A stretch of DNA of 64,000 nt from the human T2T-CHM13v2.0 reference genome, Homo sapiens, in NCBI RefSeq assembly GCF_009914755.1, contig NC_060935.1; one strand, given 5' to 3'. Positions within the stretch are counted from its first letter, which is position 1. The number at the start of each line of letters is the position of its first letter. Below are positions 58,880 through 64,000 of the stretch, piece after piece. The notes under the pieces are model-generated. The model ran no database searches, was not told the origin of the DNA, and worked only from the letters and a program-made list of their open reading frames with translations. The translations under genes and the position numbers were made by a program.

Positions 58880-61800
58880 AAAAATAATAGCTGTCATTGA
58901 TTGAGTGCCTACTATGTGTGAGGCCATTCTCCATAATCCTTACGGAAACTCCTAAGCTAGGTATTATCTCTCCATTTTACAAATGAGTAAGCTGAAGTTC
59001 AGGAGGTTAAATGACTGCCAAACCATACAGTTATGTAAAAAGTGGAGCAATGATTTAAACTAGATTTTTCAAATCCTAAAGCTGACATGCTTTCCACTGT
59101 ACCACAATGTCTTCCTTTGTACTGGTGCACTCCATTTATTTCTGTGATTCCTGACACCAATTTTAGGGCCTGGGACAGCATCCTAATGGAATCATGCCTA
59201 GCTGGATAGCAAATGCCTCTGCTGCCAGTAGAGGGGCAACTTAAGAGAAAGGTCCAAGCCAAATTGGATCCAAGAGTTTCTGACTAAGCAGGTTTCAAAC
59301 CTCCTGCTCACACCTCTTCCTCCTCACTTTCTTTCCCAACATCCTCCCACGGCTCACCTCTACCTCTGTCCACTGGAGACACCATCCTCCAGGTGCTAAT
59401 AAGAAAGCTACTCTGACCATGGAAAAAGGGAAAGAGGCAGCTCAGCAAAATCACTGCTGAGAGCCTGGGCAGGCTTAGGCAATGTGATCTGAAGAGCTGA
59501 AGTGTGCAGCCCACAGAGAGAAAGAATTGGATAAAATACAAAACTAAAGAAGAGGATAAACCTAAGAGGAAAATCTTCCTGACAGAGATGAATTAGTTAC
59601 GGGACTAACTCCGCAAAGGAAGAGATTGGGCTCCGTTCCCTGAGGCTCCCTGAGCAGAAACCATGTTACAGAGAACAAGTAGGGGGGTTGTGGTTAGCAG
59701 GGACATCAATGACTAATAGGTGCTTTCCACCTCTGAGTTTTATGAAGATGAGTGGAGTCTTTTTGAATAGAGAAAGAAATGAAAATAATAATTAACATGG
59801 AGAGATGGGGCTGACTAAAGCATGGCAAAGATAAACAGGAATGAGGCTGTTGGCCCTCGTAGTGAGTGTGGAAAATCATTTCTTCCAATTGGGAGAGGCA
59901 GAGGTGATCAGTTCAGAGGTTTAAATTCAGAGTCCAGGCTCTGTCACTTACTGATTATCTGAGCAAATTAGTTAGCCTTTCTAAGCTACAAAATAGGAAA
60001 AATACACTATTTTTCAGATTATTTCTCACTGCAGATTAGGAGTAATGCCATTGAAAAGGTTCTTATGAAGATTAAATGAGACAACTCATGTAAACAACAG
60101 TATCTACTTAGCATGAAGTAAGCACTCAAATGACAGTAATTATTATTGGAATATGGCTTCGTGTGGAGGGGGAAATAGAGCTGGGCAATTATTATCAAGG
60201 TCACCATATGGGGATAATTTTTCCCTTTGGACTTAATGATGGCATCTCCTTGGTTTAATTATTTGCTGTGTTGGTAGCTCACATCCTCTCTACTGACTTG
60301 GCTTTCAGCTCACGGGAAGATGAAGCCCAAATACAATAGATACCAAGGCAAGCTTGCCAAAGAGCAGCTCAACCCATACTGGTACTCTGAGTCATTCTAA
60401 GGATAAAGCCGCCTCTCCATGGAGAAGGATATTGTACACAGGAGATAATACTAATGACACCGTCCATTTACTTAGTCTCTTACAGTTTACAAAGCACTCT
60501 TACCTGGGAAGGGTTACTATCTTCATTTTATAGATGAGGAAACAGAGACTTAGAGAGGTGAAGCAACTTGATTAAGGTTGCATAGATAATTGGTTGTGAG
60601 GATTCACTCCCAGCTCCTCTGACATCATGTCTGGGGGCTCTTTTATACCACAAGATGCTGCAGGGAACATGAACAGATAGCAGATTAGGAGGCTAGTTGC
60701 TTTCAATCATAAAAACAGTGAATTTAGGAACAGGAAGAAGCTTTCAGATGACCTAATACTGTGGTTTTAGATTGTGTCCAGGGGTCTAGTAGGCGGTGGA
60801 GGGAGCCAAGCAGGAGGCGGGATCAGCTTTTATCAATTAAATTCATCAGATTTTAATTTGATGAAATTAAAAAGAAAAAGAAAGTTGGAAAAACCTAATC
60901 TAGTTCAACTAACTGTCTCATTTCCCCAAGAAGGATATTGAGGCCCAGAAGGGTTAAGTAACTTATCCAAATCAGAGCTAAGACTAGCATAGCACTCAGT
61001 CCTCAGTCACCTGCATATTTGATAAGCATGTCATAAATGTCCTCATTCTCCAAATATTTTCCTTTGATTACCTCAAGCAAGTCACTTACATGTAATAATC
61101 AAATCATTGAAGAGAAATTAGCTCTGGTGTGAGTCTCTTCTGATGACACCATGTGACCTTGGAATAGTCGATTGATCTCTGGACCCTCAGCTTTTCTATA
61201 GGTAAAATGGGGATCATAATTTCTGTCTAGACTCTCAGTGGGGCTGTTGTGATGAATGTAAAAGAAAAGACCATATGGAAGTTCATAGAGTTCTTCCTGG
61301 GAAGGAGACTCAGCAAGTTCAATGTCTTATTCTTTATCAATACCTACCAAGAATGTCACTGCTTCTAAGATGATATCTGCAATTTACCATTCTCATTTAT
61401 TTGTCATTCTTTACTCAAAAAGGCAATGAGGTTTGTAACCATGTCAGTACTACTGGTTTGTGAAAAAGTCTCAGAAAGTTCTTATCACGTTGGCTTTCTG
61501 ATAAGACTTTTTGATTTCTACTACTTACATGTGGAAAGTAAATCATTTTAGGTTAAACACCTTTCCTTCTAGACAAGTGACAGAGGCAGATGTCACTCAG
61601 GGTGTTGTAGCAAGCCTGGGGAGCTCATAGCCAGATGAGATCACAGGACTTGTGTGCAGGGTACAGAGTTTGGAACTCTCCCACCTAACTGGCAGTTTCT
61701 CCTCCTTCGACAAGGAATACTAAGAAGATATTATCACAAACTCTTAGGCAGATCTTGAAAACAGTCTAATTTGTTTGTGACCTTAGCCAAATTCTTGATC

Positions 61801-61900
61801 TCTCTAAGCTTCAGTTTTCTCACCCGTATCATGTACACTTTCCACCTCACAGGGTTGTCAAGGATCAAAAGAGAGAACACAGGGTGTTTTTGAAATTGTT
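58880..61900. mobile_element. Scattered MIR fragments (~58880-59110, 59900-60150, 60460-60650, 60900-61000, 61120-61280, 61770-61900)
   Basis: MIR core motifs (CATTTTATAGATGAGGAAACAGAG; TGTGACCTT). Confidence 0.6.
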
Positions 61901-62587
61901 GAGCATCTACTAACTAAAAGGATTGTTATTTTTAAGAATGTGTAAATTATTGCAATTATTTATAACATGCATTTCAATTAAATACTTTCAATTTGTTAGA
62001 AATACCCACTTGGATAGATCAAATACTAAGGTTGAAGAGAAACAGTGTTTTAATGTATTCTGGTCTCTATGTAGAAAGTAAAATGGTAATACTGAGCCAG
62101 ACGGAGTTAGAGCTAGGGAGCCAGTTAGCCCCTTGCTTGGCATCATCATAAGACAAGAAATACTTTCATGTTTTCATTAAGGACATTTTAAATTTAAAAA
62201 GAAGAAATTTTAAAAGCCTTTACCAAAATTCTGGGTTCCCCAAATTTCTAACTACATCCCTTAGAGAACAGCATTTCTTTGCTTACCCGTGTTGATACTT
62301 TAAAAAATCTAGACCTAGTTTCCATTATGCAGACAGCCCAGGCACAGAAGCCAACCAGTATTTTAAGACTGCAATGTTTACTAATGGATGTCTGGCTAGA
62401 AACAGTGTTGGCAGAATCCTGGCAGAGGCATTTACTCTCACTAATGATGTGGAACAGGGCTGCATAATTATGTCCACTTGTATTAAGTCTACCTAAGACT
62501 GTGATGTTTTGTAGTGGAACCAGAAACAAGCATCCCAAAAACTCCTGGGATTTTCCTGCAAGAGGCATTACATCAGAACTGGTTCAA

Positions 62588-63178
<591 letters not shown>

Positions 63179-64000
63179 TTAATCTATCCCCTGCTCCCTG
63201 CTCCAGGAAAGCTATTGAAGTTATACATCATCATTTTCTTTCCTAGCTGTACCTGGGACTAGAAGCATCAGCAGTTATTCATCAGCAAGAAAGAAGGACA
63301 ATTACATTCCTTGGGACTGCCTGGACACTATTCTCATGGAGAGTAATTTCTGCCTACTAAAAGAGGTAGATTCCAAACTTAGATACGTGAGAAATCATTT
63401 GGTATTTAATAGAACTCAAGTCATCCACATAGCCCTAGAAAATGATAATTAATAAGGAGCTATGCATTGAAAATGAATAACAGTAAGCCTTTAAAATGAA
63501 AACCCTTAGAATAAAGGAATAGCTGTTGTTATTATTATGTTAGTATTACTTAGTATTAAAAAGGTCAAGTTAGTGTCATCAGATTTCTTTTCCATCTACA
63601 TAATTCCTAGACCTCCAGAGAATCTTCATGTCATTTTCTGAAATGGAATGCTGCTTCAAAAATTTTGGAAATAAACCATAAAACGAGGACACTAAAGAAG
63701 CATTGATTTTTGCAAATTACTATTAAATAATATCTTTATCCCATATTAATAATTTAACCACAATGTTTGTCAAATAACCTAAAAATTTGGCTACTTTAGA
63801 AAATATCCAGTATCATCTGAAACCAAGTATTAGGGTTTCAAAAGAGTTGGAACTTGGATCTGGGGTAAGAAAAAGTACCATGTCCCTGCCTGCCTCCCTT
63901 CCTTCCTTCCTCTCTCTTTTCCTTTCTTCTATTCATCCTTTCTTTTTTCATACTTCTGGCCTTTTGGTGCCCCTTATCTATATCTAGGGTAACATTTCAG

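Noticed and set aside
60835-60872. AT-rich palindrome TTCATCAGATTTTAATTTGATGAA
   Set aside because: Probably the internal symmetry of a decayed DNA-transposon MITE; family not identifiable

Overview
Human (or very close great-ape) genomic DNA containing the 5' end of PICALM (clathrin assembly ANTH-domain protein, 11q14) on the minus strand. The first coding exon is 11390-11519 ([43 protein letters not shown], phase-1 GTGAGT donor). It lies in a CpG-island promoter with a YY1-type initiator and CLEAR/E-box palindromes. Positions 1-11389 are intron 1. The ~52 kb upstream is repeat-dense intergenic DNA. It holds about 35 Alu/FAM/FLAM copies, a long decayed antisense L1MC-type element with nested insertions, a 5'-truncated primate L1PA with an unbroken ORF2 C-terminal half, a full-length SVA with an unusual duplicated 5' end, MaLR and MER21 LTRs, an ERV env/LTR remnant, Tigger MITEs, a U13 snoRNA retrocopy, and several local duplications and palindromes. 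Nearly all other ORFs in the track are repeat-derived or chance frames. I found no convincing novel multi-gene system. The best leads are regulatory (PICALM leader and promoter) and mutational or retrotransposon structure. Repeat subfamily names come from recalled consensus sequences, not from an alignment.
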